Shown here in pieces: positions 54,581 through 64,000 of a stretch of 64,000 nucleotides of DNA. The notes beneath the pieces were generated by a model, which did no database searches, had not been told where the DNA came from, and was given only the letters and a program-made list of their open reading frames with translations. Origin of the DNA: Candidatus Borkfalkia stercoripullorum. GTDB lineage: Bacteria; Bacillota; Clostridia; Christensenellales; Borkfalkiaceae. How positions within the stretch are numbered: the first letter of the stretch is position 1; each line of letters starts with the position of its first letter. Where the stretch lies: positions 16,884-80,883 of the forward strand of contig DWXC01000013.1 in NCBI GenBank assembly GCA_019119395.1. Reading direction: 5' to 3'. The translations under genes and the position numbers were made by a program.

Positions 54581-56290
54581 ATGAAGAACAAAAAGTGGCT
54601 TTCGGCTCTCGTCGGGCTCGTGCTTGTTCTGGCGCTCGGGTTCACGGTCGTTGCGTGCGAATCGGATACGACGGGCGGCGACGACGGCGGAGACACGACC
54701 GTCGCCGTGACCGGCGTCGAACTCAGCCAGAATTCCGCAACGCTGGAAGTGGGCGGAACGTTGGAACTGACCGCTACGGTGACCCCCGACAATGCGACGG
54801 ACAAAGAGGTCAGCTGGGCATCGAGCGCCCCCTCCGTGGCAACGGTCGAAGGCGGTACGGTGACGGCCGTTTCCGTGGGGACGGCAAGCATTACCGCGAC
54901 GGCGGGCGGCGTAAACGCGACCTGCCTCGTGACCGTGGAAGAGACGGGCATTTCCGTGGCGACGGTCGAAGAATTGTTTGACGCGGTCGAAACCGCGGAA
55001 GAAGGCGCGATCATCCGCCTCACCGCCGATTCGTACGCCATCGACGAGAATCTGCACGTCACCAAATCCCTGACGCTCGTCGGCAACGGCAAAACGGTCA
55101 TCGAAAAGGGCACGGGCACATGGACTCCCGATTCAAAGGGCAGAACTTCCCTCATCACGATCGATTCCGCGAGCGACGTCACGATCCGCAATTTCACGGT
55201 AGAGGGCGCCGCCAGCATCGGCAGCAATTACGCGCACGGCATCAACGTGTATAACAGCACGAACGTCACGATCGAAAACGTCACCGCGCAGGACAACGAC
55301 GGCGTCGGCGTGCTCGTACAGAATTCCTCCGTTTCTCTCGCGAACGTACAGACGAGCGGCAACGGCTGGGGCGGCGTGAACGTCGATACGGGCGACGCAA
55401 CGAACGAAACGTCTCTGACGGTCGACGAGGAAACTTCCTTTACGGAAACGCTCGCGATCTACAGCGACAGCGAAGCGATGTCGGAAGAGATCGCCGTCGA
55501 TTTGCCCGATACATACCACGGCGCGAAGATCACCGTTTTCGGCGAGGAGCGCTATGTCTGGACGCAGGACGAAACGCTCACGGAGGGCAGTTTTGTCGTC
55601 AATAATTTTGCCGATATGCAGAGCGCGGTCTCTTCCGTGCAGGAAGGCGCTGCGGTGTATGTGGGCGGCGAGTTTGAACTGACCGCTCCGACCGTTTTGG
55701 ACAAGGCGATCACCGTAAAGGGGGTCGAAGGCAACAAACTCACGATCAAAGGCACCGTTTATGCTTTTAATATGCAGAGCGGCGGCGCCACCCTCGACGG
55801 GCTGAACATCGAAAAGACGGATAAGACCCAGGGTGAGGGCGGTCAGAACCTGAACCTCGTCCTGATGGGCACGGATTCGAGCGTCGTCAACTGCACGTTC
55901 AAAGGGTGCTATGAAGACGGCGACGGCGAAGTCGTCCGCGCGATCGCGCAGGTCGCGGGTTCGGAAAACATCCTCATCGAAGGCAACACCTTCGAAGCGC
56001 TCCGCCAGCCGGCATACCTCGAAGGTTCGGGCATCGTGCGCAACAACACGGTCATCGGTACGCGCGGGTTCGTCGTGACGGCGAACGCGACGGCCGAACT
56101 TTCGGGCAATACGTTTGAAAACAACGCGGTCGACATCGCGATCATCCCGAACAATCAGGATACCAACAATTACGAAGGCAAAACGGTCGCGCTCTCCGCG
56201 GCGAACAACAACTGCTATGTCGAGAATCAGCCCGAAGGCGTATACTGCAACGACGGGCAGACGGAAAATAAGATCGTGGCACAGGACTGA
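54581..56290 (+). CDS. Surface lipoprotein: Big_2 Ig-like domain plus two parallel beta-helix modules
   Basis: Lipobox VVAC; VTGVELSQ..ATLEVG.TL.LTATVTP.NAT.K.V.W.SS; repeated NVTIEN / GNTFE beta-helix turns. Confidence 0.78.
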   Translation: MKNKKWLSALVGLVLVLALGFTVVACESDTTGGDDGGDTTVAVTGVELSQNSATLEVGGTLELTATVTPDNATDKEVSWASSAPSVATVEGGTVTAVSVGTASITATAGGVNATCLVTVEETGISVATVEELFDAVETAEEGAIIRLTADSYAIDENLHVTKSLTLVGNGKTVIEKGTGTWTPDSKGRTSLITIDSASDVTIRNFTVEGAASIGSNYAHGINVYNSTNVTIENVTAQDNDGVGVLVQNSSVSLANVQTSGNGWGGVNVDTGDATNETSLTVDEETSFTETLAIYSDSEAMSEEIAVDLPDTYHGAKITVFGEERYVWTQDETLTEGSFVVNNFADMQSAVSSVQEGAAVYVGGEFELTAPTVLDKAITVKGVEGNKLTIKGTVYAFNMQSGGATLDGLNIEKTDKTQGEGGQNLNLVLMGTDSSVVNCTFKGCYEDGDGEVVRAIAQVAGSENILIEGNTFEALRQPAYLEGSGIVRNNTVIGTRGFVVTANATAELSGNTFENNAVDIAIIPNNQDTNNYEGKTVALSAANNNCYVENQPEGVYCNDGQTENKIVAQD

Positions 56291-56462
56291 ATCTTGACGC
56301 GGTAAAGCGAAAGCGCTGAAAAGCGAAGCGCCCCGAAACGGCATCATGCCGCTTCGGGGCGTATTGTTTTAAAAGAAACAGGCGTAAGTCGGCGGGAGGC
56401 GTGCCGTCGGAAATTGAAAACGGGCTTCGCCGTAACGAAGCCCGTTTTGTGTGCGATCATGT

Positions 56463-57431
56463 TTACAGTCTGAATACGGGTTCTCCGTTTTCGAACTGAA
56501 CTTCCAGAACGTGCGCGTGGCGATCGGGATTGTTGAGCGGATCGCCCGAAATGTGTTTGTCGGAATAGTCGCGGTAGTGAAGGATGCAGAGCACCTCGCC
56601 GTCGTCGCCCGTGGTGAAGCAGTTGTGCCCGGGGCCGAATACTTTCTTTTCGGGGTCGGTCTTGAGTACGGGGTATCTCTTTTTCGTCCAGGAATGCGGG
56701 TCGAGCAGGTCTGCGTTTTCGTCGGCGGAGAGCATGCCCATGCAGTACATCTGACCGGTCGCGCTTGCGGAATAGGTCACAAAGATCTTTCCGTCGTGTT
56801 TGAGCACCGCAGGGCCTTCGCAAACCCAAAAATCGATGCGCTCCCAATCGTAGTCGGGCGTGGTCAGAAGCACCTGCACCGTTTTGAGCTTGTTCGGCGA
56901 TTCCATTTCCGCAATGTACAGGTTGGAAATGCCGAATCTCCTGTGTACTTTTTCTGCCCAGATGAAATATCTTTTGCCGCGGTGTTCGAAAGTCGTCGCG
57001 TCGAGGGAAAATTCCGTGAACGAATAGCTGTCGTAACCGTTTTTACGCCTGCCCGTGGGGGAGCGGTGCGCCTGCATCATGCCCAGCTCGATCCAGGGGT
57101 CGTTCATCGGGTCTTGCCCCGAGCATTCGAGCACGTAGGGACGGATCTCCCAGATTTTTTTGCTTTCGCCTGCGGCAAAATAAATGTACCATTTGCCGTC
57201 GATGTAATGGATCTCGGGCGCCCAGATATGAGACGCCATAACGCCTTCTTCATGTTTGCGCCAGATAACTTTTTCTTCCGCGTCGGTGATCCCGTTGATC
57301 GTGGACGATTTGCGGATGCAGATCCTGTCGTATGCGGGGTAGGTCGCAGTGAAATAATAGTATCCGTCCGTATGTTTGTATACATAGGGGTCGGCCCTGC
57401 CGAGCGCAAGGGGATCGTTGTATTTAGCCAT
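56463..57431 (-). CDS. GH43 glycoside hydrolase (arabinofuranosidase-like)
   Basis: RADPYV, HIWAPEIH, FSLDATTF, VCEGPAVL and GPGHNCF motifs. Confidence 0.9.
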   Translation of the reverse strand: MAKYNDPLALGRADPYVYKHTDGYYYFTATYPAYDRICIRKSSTINGITDAEEKVIWRKHEEGVMASHIWAPEIHYIDGKWYIYFAAGESKKIWEIRPYVLECSGQDPMNDPWIELGMMQAHRSPTGRRKNGYDSYSFTEFSLDATTFEHRGKRYFIWAEKVHRRFGISNLYIAEMESPNKLKTVQVLLTTPDYDWERIDFWVCEGPAVLKHDGKIFVTYSASATGQMYCMGMLSADENADLLDPHSWTKKRYPVLKTDPEKKVFGPGHNCFTTGDDGEVLCILHYRDYSDKHISGDPLNNPDRHAHVLEVQFENGEPVFRL

Positions 57432-57744
57432 AAATTACCGCCTTGTAAAATGAATTTCTTTCAGCCTTATTTTAACATCGCGAGCGCGTTATGTCAATCC
57501 GATTTGCCAAAAAAAACACGTTCGGAATAAAAAAAATAACGGAAATCGGCAAAGAAATGTGCCGAATCGTTCACTTATTTTGTGTGTCCGTCCGCATTTT
57601 TATCCGCGTCGGGCGAAGCCTTTCAAAATATATATGGAAGAATTTGTAGTGTTGCATTTGCAACAGCTTTTTTGCGGTTCGGGTGTTACAATAAAGTCAC
57701 GAAGCAGGCGCTTCGCAATATTATTTATCGGAGAGGTTACAGAA

Positions 57745-58275
57745 ATGAAAAGATGTGCTATTTGCGGCGAGATCGTCGCGGATGACGTTACGGTTTGCCC
57801 CGTTTGCAAAGCTACTAAATTTGTCCCGATCGACGAGAACGCGGAGATCAAATTCGCGTGCGTGCATGAAGTAGGCGTCGCGAAGGGGCTCGACGAAGAG
57901 GTCGTGAAAGGACTTCGCGCCAACTTCGAAGGCGAGTGCACGGAAGTCGGCATGTACCTTGCGATGGCAAGGGTCGCCGAAAGAGAAGGCTATCCCGAGA
58001 TCGCGGAAGCGTACAAGAGATATGCTTATGAGGAAGCCGAACACGCATCCAAATTTGCGGAGCTTTTGGGCGAGTGCATCACCGATTCCACGAAAAAGAA
58101 TCTCGAAATGAGAGTCGCGGCGGAAACGGGCGCTTGCGCCGGCAAACTCGAGATCGCAAAACGTGCCAAAGAACTCGGCTACGACGCGATCCACGACACC
58201 GTTCACGAAATGGCGAAGGACGAAGCGCGTCACGGCGCAGGCTTCAACGGGCTGTTGAAGAGATATTTCAAGTAA
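57745..58275 (+). CDS. Reverse rubrerythrin (NADH peroxidase-like)
   Basis: N-terminal CxxCG...CPVC rubredoxin knuckles; [18 protein letters not shown] and KDEARHG diiron motifs. Confidence 0.9.
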   Translation: MKRCAICGEIVADDVTVCPVCKATKFVPIDENAEIKFACVHEVGVAKGLDEEVVKGLRANFEGECTEVGMYLAMARVAEREGYPEIAEAYKRYAYEEAEHASKFAELLGECITDSTKKNLEMRVAAETGACAGKLEIAKRAKELGYDAIHDTVHEMAKDEARHGAGFNGLLKRYFK

Positions 58276-58287
58276 GAAATTTCGGAT

Positions 58288-58323
58288 AAAAACGGCGGGC
58301 TTTGCATAAAGCCCGCCGTTTTT
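58288..58323 (+). terminator. Terminator after rubrerythrin
   Basis: AAAAACGGCGGGCTTT-GCAT-AAAGCCCGCCGTTTTT. Confidence 0.75.
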
Positions 58324-58442
58324 GCGCGGGCGAAGGCAAGCCGATCGCCGCAGGGGCGCGTTCACGGGCGGGGCATCTTCTCCGAATATCCGTGCGCGGG
58401 AAGGGGTGAAATAACGCAAATAAGAAAAAACGGTTAATTTCG

Positions 58443-58471
58443 GAATAAGCGGAAAAAAGTTACGCATACTT
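58443..58471 (+). promoter_or_regulatory. Putative sigG/sigF promoter of spoVT
   Basis: GAATA-17 nt-CATACTT. Confidence 0.4.
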
Positions 58472-58516
58472 TTTTTCGATGAAAGCCGCAAAAGACGCGG
58501 CGTAAGGGAGGGAAAA

Positions 58517-59062
58517 ATGAAAGCAACGGGAATCGTAAGGAGGATCGACGAACTCGGCAGGGTCGTGATCCCGAAGGAGATCCGCCGCACGCTGCGCATC
58601 AAAGACGGCGACCCGCTGGAAATATTTACGGACAGGGACGAACTTATGCTCAAAAAATATTCGCCGATCGCAACGCTCGAAAAATTTTCGGAGGGAACGA
58701 CCAGATCTTTGAGCGATCTGAGCGGATGCCTTGCCGTGATCTGCGATACGGACGAGATCTTGTTCGCTTCGGGGGAGGGCCGCAAGGAGTTTGCGAAAAA
58801 GCACGTTTCCGAACAGTTGGGAAAAGTCATGCAGGGGCGCAGGAGTTACCTGGCAAATCTTTCGGAAGGGGGAGACATCATACCTCTCGCGGAAGATTCC
58901 GATTTTAAGGCGACGGCGCAGATCATCGTTCCGATCGTGTCGGGCGGAGACTGTTTGGGCGCGGTGTCCCTTTTGAGCGGGGAAGACGGCGCGAAAATGG
59001 AGATCGGTTCGGTCAACCTGTGCAGGCTGACTGCGGATATACTCGCCAATCAGTTCGAGTAA
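58517..59062 (+). CDS. spoVT: Stage V sporulation protein T (AbrB-type plus GAF)
   Basis: MKATGIVRRIDELGRVVIPKEIRRTLRI...LKKYSPI...PIVSGGDCLGAV. Confidence 0.93.
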   Translation: MKATGIVRRIDELGRVVIPKEIRRTLRIKDGDPLEIFTDRDELMLKKYSPIATLEKFSEGTTRSLSDLSGCLAVICDTDEILFASGEGRKEFAKKHVSEQLGKVMQGRRSYLANLSEGGDIIPLAEDSDFKATAQIIVPIVSGGDCLGAVSLLSGEDGAKMEIGSVNLCRLTADILANQFE

Positions 59063-59110
59063 GCCGCATGCGGCGGAGGACGTACTTGCGTCCGCCGCCT
59101 TGCGGTACAT

Positions 59111-60694
59111 ATGAAAGAGCAGAGTTTTATCAAAGGCGCGCTCATTATCTCGGTCGGCGGGATCGCCGCCAAGATATTGGGCGCTTTTTACAGGATCCCG
59201 CTCGCCAACGCGCTGGGAGGGGAAGGCATGGGCATTTATCAGATGGTCTATCCGCTCTACTGCCTGCTTCTGACGCTTGCGGCGACGGGCATCCCTTCGG
59301 GGCTGTGCCGCATCGTGGCGCATGCGGAAGCGGTGGGGAAAGATTCCTCGGGCATCCTTCGGCGCGCGCTTCTCGTCTTTTCTCTGATCGGCGCGGCGGG
59401 CAGCGTGCTGATGTTCGCGCTCGCGCCCGTCATGAGCGCCGTTCAGCGCGAGCCGGGCGCGGAAACCGCATACAGAATGCTGGCGCCCGGCGTGTTTGCC
59501 GTGGCTGCCATTTCCTGTTTCCGAGGATATTTTCAGGGGAAGGGGAACTTTTTCCCCACGGCCCTTTCCGAAGTGCTTGAACAACTCGTAAAGGTCGGGC
59601 TCGGGCTGTTTTTCGCCTACGCGTATCGAGGGAATACGGTCAGGGCGGTCGCGTACGCTCTGCTTGCGGTAACGGTGAGCGAAGCCGTCGCTGCGGCATT
59701 TATGTTCGTCTTTTACCGCGTTTCCAAACGCCGCGCGCCGCATAAAGGCGAGCCCGTCGAAAAACCGGGCGCGTGGAAGCTCGTACGCTTCATCCTTCCC
59801 GTCGCCGTGGCGGCGGGCGTGCTCCCTTTGTCAAACATCGTCGACAGCATCGTCATCGTGCATATGATCGGCAGGCATTCGGGCAACGCGACGGCGCTGT
59901 ACGGCGTGTTTTCGGGCGGGGCGAACACGCTCGTGAACCTGCCCGTTTCCGTCTGTTACGGGCTGGCGGCGGCGATCATTCCGCTCATATCTTCGCTCTA
60001 CGCGAAGGGCGAAATATCCGAAGCGGAGAAAAAGATCTGCTTCGCGCTGAAATGCACCTTTTTCGTCTCCCTGCCTGCGGCGGCATTCCTGTTTGCCTTT
60101 CCGTCGCAGACGGCGGCGTTCCTTTTCGGTGCGGTCACGGGGGAGGAAGGCGCCTGGCTCGTGCGGCTCATCCGCATCATGTCGTTCGGCGCGGTTTTGC
60201 TCTCCGCCGTGCAGACCTTGTCCGCATGCCTCACGGGCAGGGGGAAGCCGAAAATCGCCGCGATCTCCATGACCGCGGGCGTGACCGTCAAGATCTCGCT
60301 CGAACTTTTGCTCGTCCGCATACCCGGAATTTCCGTTTCGGGCGCGGCGATTGCGGCAATTTGCTGTTATTTTGTTGCTTTGCTCGTCAATTTGTTATAT
60401 AGTATTAGGGATAAGAAAAATCTCGCGCGCACGATGTTCGAACTTGCGCGGTTCGCATGCCTTGCCGCCGTTGCGGCGGCGGTCGCGTACCCGCTGCGCA
60501 CGATGAACGTGCTCGTGCCCCTCGCGGTCATGGCGGCGGTGTATATCCCGCTGTGCGTGCTGCTTCGGTGCTTTTCGCGCGAGGAACTCGGAATTTTCGG
60601 AAGGAGAAAAGGACATGATAACCATAGTCGGGCTGGGGTGCGGCCCGGAAGATCTGACGGCGGGCGGAAGAGAGGCGATCCTCTCGGCGGATAA
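59111..60694 (+). CDS. Polysaccharide flippase (YabM/SpoVB family)
   Basis: KQSFIKGALI..., YRIPL...GEGMGIYQMVYP, RGYFQG, ALSEVLEQLVKV; spoVT-yabM-yabN synteny. Confidence 0.85.
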   Translation: MKEQSFIKGALIISVGGIAAKILGAFYRIPLANALGGEGMGIYQMVYPLYCLLLTLAATGIPSGLCRIVAHAEAVGKDSSGILRRALLVFSLIGAAGSVLMFALAPVMSAVQREPGAETAYRMLAPGVFAVAAISCFRGYFQGKGNFFPTALSEVLEQLVKVGLGLFFAYAYRGNTVRAVAYALLAVTVSEAVAAAFMFVFYRVSKRRAPHKGEPVEKPGAWKLVRFILPVAVAAGVLPLSNIVDSIVIVHMIGRHSGNATALYGVFSGGANTLVNLPVSVCYGLAAAIIPLISSLYAKGEISEAEKKICFALKCTFFVSLPAAAFLFAFPSQTAAFLFGAVTGEEGAWLVRLIRIMSFGAVLLSAVQTLSACLTGRGKPKIAAISMTAGVTVKISLELLLVRIPGISVSGAAIAAICCYFVALLVNLLYSIRDKKNLARTMFELARFACLAAVAAAVAYPLRTMNVLVPLAVMAAVYIPLCVLLRCFSREELGIFGRRKGHDNHSRAGVRPGRSDGGRKRGDPLGG

Positions 60695-62036
60695 AGTCAT
60701 TTTGCGCACGGGCGAAACGGCGCCCGCCGCCGCCGTGCGCGCATTGGGCGTTCCGTTCGAAACGCTCGATTACATATACGGCAAAAGCCGCAATTTCGAT
60801 ACCCTCGCCAAGAATCTGGCGGCGGCGGTGTCGGACGCCGCGAAGGGCGCAAACGTCGCCTACTGCGTGGACGGCTGTGCGGCGGAAGACGTGTCCGCGC
60901 GGCTCGTCGTAAAAAAGCATAAAGGCGCGCGCGTTCTGGGCGGCGTTTCAAAATCTTCCCGCGCGTTCGCGGCGGCAAACTTGGCGGCGGGGGCTGCCGT
61001 TTCGGCATACGACATGCAAAGTTACAGCCGCGCCGTTCTGCCGCTTTGCGTGTACGACGTGGACTGCGACCTGATCGCGGGCGACGTAAAACTTAAACTC
61101 TGCGATATGTTCGGCGATGAGGCGGACGCCTTTTTCGTCTCGGAAAAGGGCGCGAAGAAAATAAAACTTTTCGAGGCCGACCGGCAGAACGATTACGGCG
61201 CTTTTTCCGCGATCGTGCTCGGCGATATCCCTCTTTTGGAAAAGAAGCGGTTCGATTATCAGGACTTGCTCGACCTGATGCGCCTTTTGCGCGCGCCGGG
61301 CGGCTGTCCGTGGGACAGGGCGCAGACGCACGAGAGCATCCGCGCCAACATGATCGAAGAGGCGTACGAACTCGTGGACGCGATCGACCTAAAAGACGAC
61401 GAAAAGATCTCCGAAGAGACGGGCGACGTACTCATGCAGGGCGCGTTTCATTCCGTGCTCGGCGAAGAGCGCGGGGCTTTTACCGCTGCCGACGTGTTGA
61501 GCGGCGTGTGCGGCAAACTCATTTTCCGCCATTCGCACATTTTCGGCACGGACAAAGCGGAAGGCGAAAGCGGCGCGCTCTCCGTCTGGGAAAAGAACAA
61601 GCAAAAGGAAAAGGGACAGAAAACGGCGGGGGATTCGGTCAGAGACGTGCCCAAAGCCTTCCCCGCCGTCATGCGCGCGCAGAAAGCCGGAAAACGCGCG
61701 GCGAAATACGGCTACGACTTCAAAGACGCGGACGAAGCCGCCGCAAAAGTCGGGGAGGAACTTTCCGAACTTATGGAAGCGCTCGCCTCGGGCGAACAGT
61801 CCCGCATCCGTGAAGAGGCGGGCGATCTGCTCTTTTCCGCGGTCAACGTGGGGCGTCTCGCGGGGGCGGACTGCGAAACGGCGCTGCGTGAAAGCACGGA
61901 CAAGTTTATCGCAAGGTTTTTAAAGACCGAAGAACTCATCCTTGCGGACGGGAAAAAGATGGAGGAGCTGCCCCCGGACGAGCTTTGGGAATATTATGCG
62001 CGGGCAAAAAAGTGCGATGACGATCAGGCCCGTTGA
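60615..62036 (+). CDS. mazG: YabN-type tetrapyrrole methylase-like/MazG nucleoside triphosphate pyrophosphohydrolase
   Basis: ITIVGLG.G; LRAPGGCPWDRAQTHES, EEAYEL, EETGDVL, EEAGDLLFSAVN. Confidence 0.9.
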   Translation: MITIVGLGCGPEDLTAGGREAILSADKVILRTGETAPAAAVRALGVPFETLDYIYGKSRNFDTLAKNLAAAVSDAAKGANVAYCVDGCAAEDVSARLVVKKHKGARVLGGVSKSSRAFAAANLAAGAAVSAYDMQSYSRAVLPLCVYDVDCDLIAGDVKLKLCDMFGDEADAFFVSEKGAKKIKLFEADRQNDYGAFSAIVLGDIPLLEKKRFDYQDLLDLMRLLRAPGGCPWDRAQTHESIRANMIEEAYELVDAIDLKDDEKISEETGDVLMQGAFHSVLGEERGAFTAADVLSGVCGKLIFRHSHIFGTDKAEGESGALSVWEKNKQKEKGQKTAGDSVRDVPKAFPAVMRAQKAGKRAAKYGYDFKDADEAAAKVGEELSELMEALASGEQSRIREEAGDLLFSAVNVGRLAGADCETALRESTDKFIARFLKTEELILADGKKMEELPPDELWEYYARAKKCDDDQAR

Positions 62037-63009
62037 CGTCGGCGGCGTGACCGTTCCGAACAACATTTTCTGCGCGCCGCTGGCGGGGTATACGGACTTT
62101 GCTTTCCGCAAACTCTGCTATTTTTACGGCGCGGGGCTGTGTTTCACCGAAATGGTCAGCGCAAAAGGTTTGAAGTATAACAGCGAAGCGACGCGCGCCC
62201 TTCTCAAAAAGGACGCGTCCGAAAAGATCACCGCCGTGCAGATATTCGGAAGCGACCCCGCCGTCATGCGCGCCGCCTGCGAGAGCGAAGACCTGGCGGA
62301 TTTCCCGATCGTGGACATCAACATGGGCTGCCCGGTGCCCAAGGTGTTCAAAAACGGGGAGGGCAGCGCCCTTTTGGGCAATATCCCCCTTGCGGAAAAG
62401 ATCGTGTCCGAATGCAAAAAGAGCGGAAAGGCAGTAACGGTCAAGTTCCGTACGGGCATTTCGCAGGATAAAAAAATTACGGCGGAGTTCGCGAAGATGT
62501 GTGAGGGCGCGGGGGCGGATCTCATCATCGTGCACGGGAGAACGCGCGACAGGTATTATGCGGGCGAGCCCGATTATGAAGAGATCGCCGCGGCAAAGCG
62601 CGCCGTGGGTATCCCCGTCATCGCGAACGGCGGCATTTTTTCAAAAGCGGACGCAGATAAAATGATCGCCGAAACGGGCGCCGACGGCGTGATGCTCGCC
62701 CGCGCGGCGCTGTACGGCCCGCACGTGTTTGCGGAGATCGCGGGAAAAAACGTTCCGAAAGATATCGGGCGTGACGTTTTGGGGCAGATCGCGGACATGC
62801 TCCCGTATTACGGGGAAAAATTCACTCTCGTGCAGATGCGCAAAATGACTTCATTTTACATCAAGGGGATGCGCGGGGCGGCCGAGTACAGGGGCCGTCT
62901 GTTTGCGGCGGACTCCCTTTCGCGGTTATATGAACTTGTGGAAGAGATCTTCCGTTCGCATGGAAAAGATTCGGGAACGGTGCCGGAATCGGGGGCTGCG
63001 CAGGATTGA
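62017..63009 (+). CDS. dusB: tRNA-dihydrouridine synthase
   Basis: APLAGYTD, FTEMVSA, VQIFGSDP, DINMGCPVPK, IVHGRTR, VIANGGI. Confidence 0.9.
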   Translation: MTIRPVDVGGVTVPNNIFCAPLAGYTDFAFRKLCYFYGAGLCFTEMVSAKGLKYNSEATRALLKKDASEKITAVQIFGSDPAVMRAACESEDLADFPIVDINMGCPVPKVFKNGEGSALLGNIPLAEKIVSECKKSGKAVTVKFRTGISQDKKITAEFAKMCEGAGADLIIVHGRTRDRYYAGEPDYEEIAAAKRAVGIPVIANGGIFSKADADKMIAETGADGVMLARAALYGPHVFAEIAGKNVPKDIGRDVLGQIADMLPYYGEKFTLVQMRKMTSFYIKGMRGAAEYRGRLFAADSLSRLYELVEEIFRSHGKDSGTVPESGAAQD

Positions 63010-63074
63010 GCGACAAAGAATTTTCACCGTCCTGTTATTGACAAACGGCGGGTAAAAATGGTAAACTGATAAGG

Positions 63075-64000
63075 ATGAGTACGAGAGCATATGCCTCCGC
63101 TTTGCGCGCCGAGGCGGGGAAAAAACTGCGGACTGCCCGCCGCGAAAGATATTGGGAGATCGATTTTCTGAGGGGCGTGTGCGTCCTTTTGATGGTTTTC
63201 GATCACTTTATGTATTGTTTGTGGGACGTCATGCCCGCGATCAATAGTTTTTTGGGAACGTCCCTGTTTGCAGACCTCCGCGAAACCGCGATGCAATATT
63301 GGAACTGGAACGTGCGCGAAAACGTGCGCGGGGTCGTCATCTGCATGTTTTTCGTGCTGTGCGGCATCAGCTGTACGCTCACGCGCGGAAATCTGAGACG
63401 CTTCGTTCCGCTGGCGGCGGTGGCGGTCGGCATTTCCTGCGTTACGTATATCATCGACGAGCTTTTTCTCGAAGGCATTTTCATCATGTTCGGCGTTATC
63501 CACATGATCGCCTGCGGCGTTCTTATGTTCGCCGTGCTGGACAACGCCGTGTCCGCCGTCTGCGCGCTGTTCCCGAAAGGGGAGAGTGCGAAAAAGGCGG
63601 AAACCATTCTGCGCTACCTGCCCGGCATGTTCGGGGTCGTCCTGCTCATCGTCGAATTTTCCTGCTTTGCGGATCTTCGCGTCACGGACGGCGCGGTGGA
63701 ACTCGTCTCTTCCGTGCAGAGCAGCGGCGATTATTTTACAGACGTGGTGCGGTCGATCTTTATAGAACTGCGCGGCTTCAACTTCCTGCGCGAAACGAAC
63801 ACCTCCGACTACTTCCCGCTCCTGCCGTATACGGCGGTCATCCTGGCGGGCAGCCTCCTCGGCAGGGCGATCTACCATACCCGCGCGAAAAACGCGCTCA
63901 GGCCTTTGGACGGCAGCTGGAACGGGGGGATCTGCCTGCTCGGCAGGCATTCCGCGTTCATCTTCGTCGCCGAAATGGTGGTGATACCGCTGTTTTTGGC
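63075..64000 (+). CDS. DUF1624 / heparan-alpha-glucosaminide N-acetyltransferase-like membrane protein, partial
   Basis: RYWEIDFLRGVCVLLMVFDH, FFVLCGIS, FGVIHMI, DYFPLLP, LGRHS; runs off the window end. Confidence 0.82.
   Translation, partial: MSTRAYASALRAEAGKKLRTARRERYWEIDFLRGVCVLLMVFDHFMYCLWDVMPAINSFLGTSLFADLRETAMQYWNWNVRENVRGVVICMFFVLCGISCTLTRGNLRRFVPLAAVAVGISCVTYIIDELFLEGIFIMFGVIHMIACGVLMFAVLDNAVSAVCALFPKGESAKKAETILRYLPGMFGVVLLIVEFSCFADLRVTDGAVELVSSVQSSGDYFTDVVRSIFIELRGFNFLRETNTSDYFPLLPYTAVILAGSLLGRAIYHTRAKNALRPLDGSWNGGICLLGRHSAFIFVAEMVVIPLFL

Noticed and set aside
60615-60694. 80-bp yabM/yabN overlap as a special feature
   Set aside because: Most simply stop-codon drift in a conserved housekeeping operon
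57745-64000. MazG as an abortive-infection gene
   Set aside because: It is the YabN-type fusion in the conserved spoVT-yabM-yabN context, so housekeeping

Overview
A GC-rich chromosomal segment from a spore-forming Clostridia-class bacterium. It carries spoIIAA-AB-sigF, spoVAC and spoVT-yabM-yabN; a gut Christensenellales-like lineage is my inference. Housekeeping content: a split glutamate synthase operon with an ANTAR regulator, seven tRNAs, a class I LysRS, amino-acid transporters (one behind a glycine riboswitch), an ABC/ECF module, reverse rubrerythrin and dusB. I found no CRISPR array, integrase, transposase or prophage. The most interesting items: (1) a five-gene Zn-ribbon/TPR - unknown - YidD-like - SPFH/DZR - membrane operon behind a perfect sigA promoter with an upstream 24-bp tandem duplication; (2) an 1107-aa double-XRE / TM / InlB B-repeat / LRR protein that looks like a surface-sensing one-component regulator; (3) an AraC-linked glycan locus ending in nanE-DUF4127-ROK with no nanA; (4) a tRNA-Pro with the rare A34 anticodon AGG, followed by a 128-bp duplication that contains sense and antisense tRNA pieces; (5) a class I LysRS fused to a MetRS-type tRNA-binding domain; (6) several gene relics, two of which keep both ends but have lost their middles. 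Family assignments come from my own motif recognition, not from database searches.
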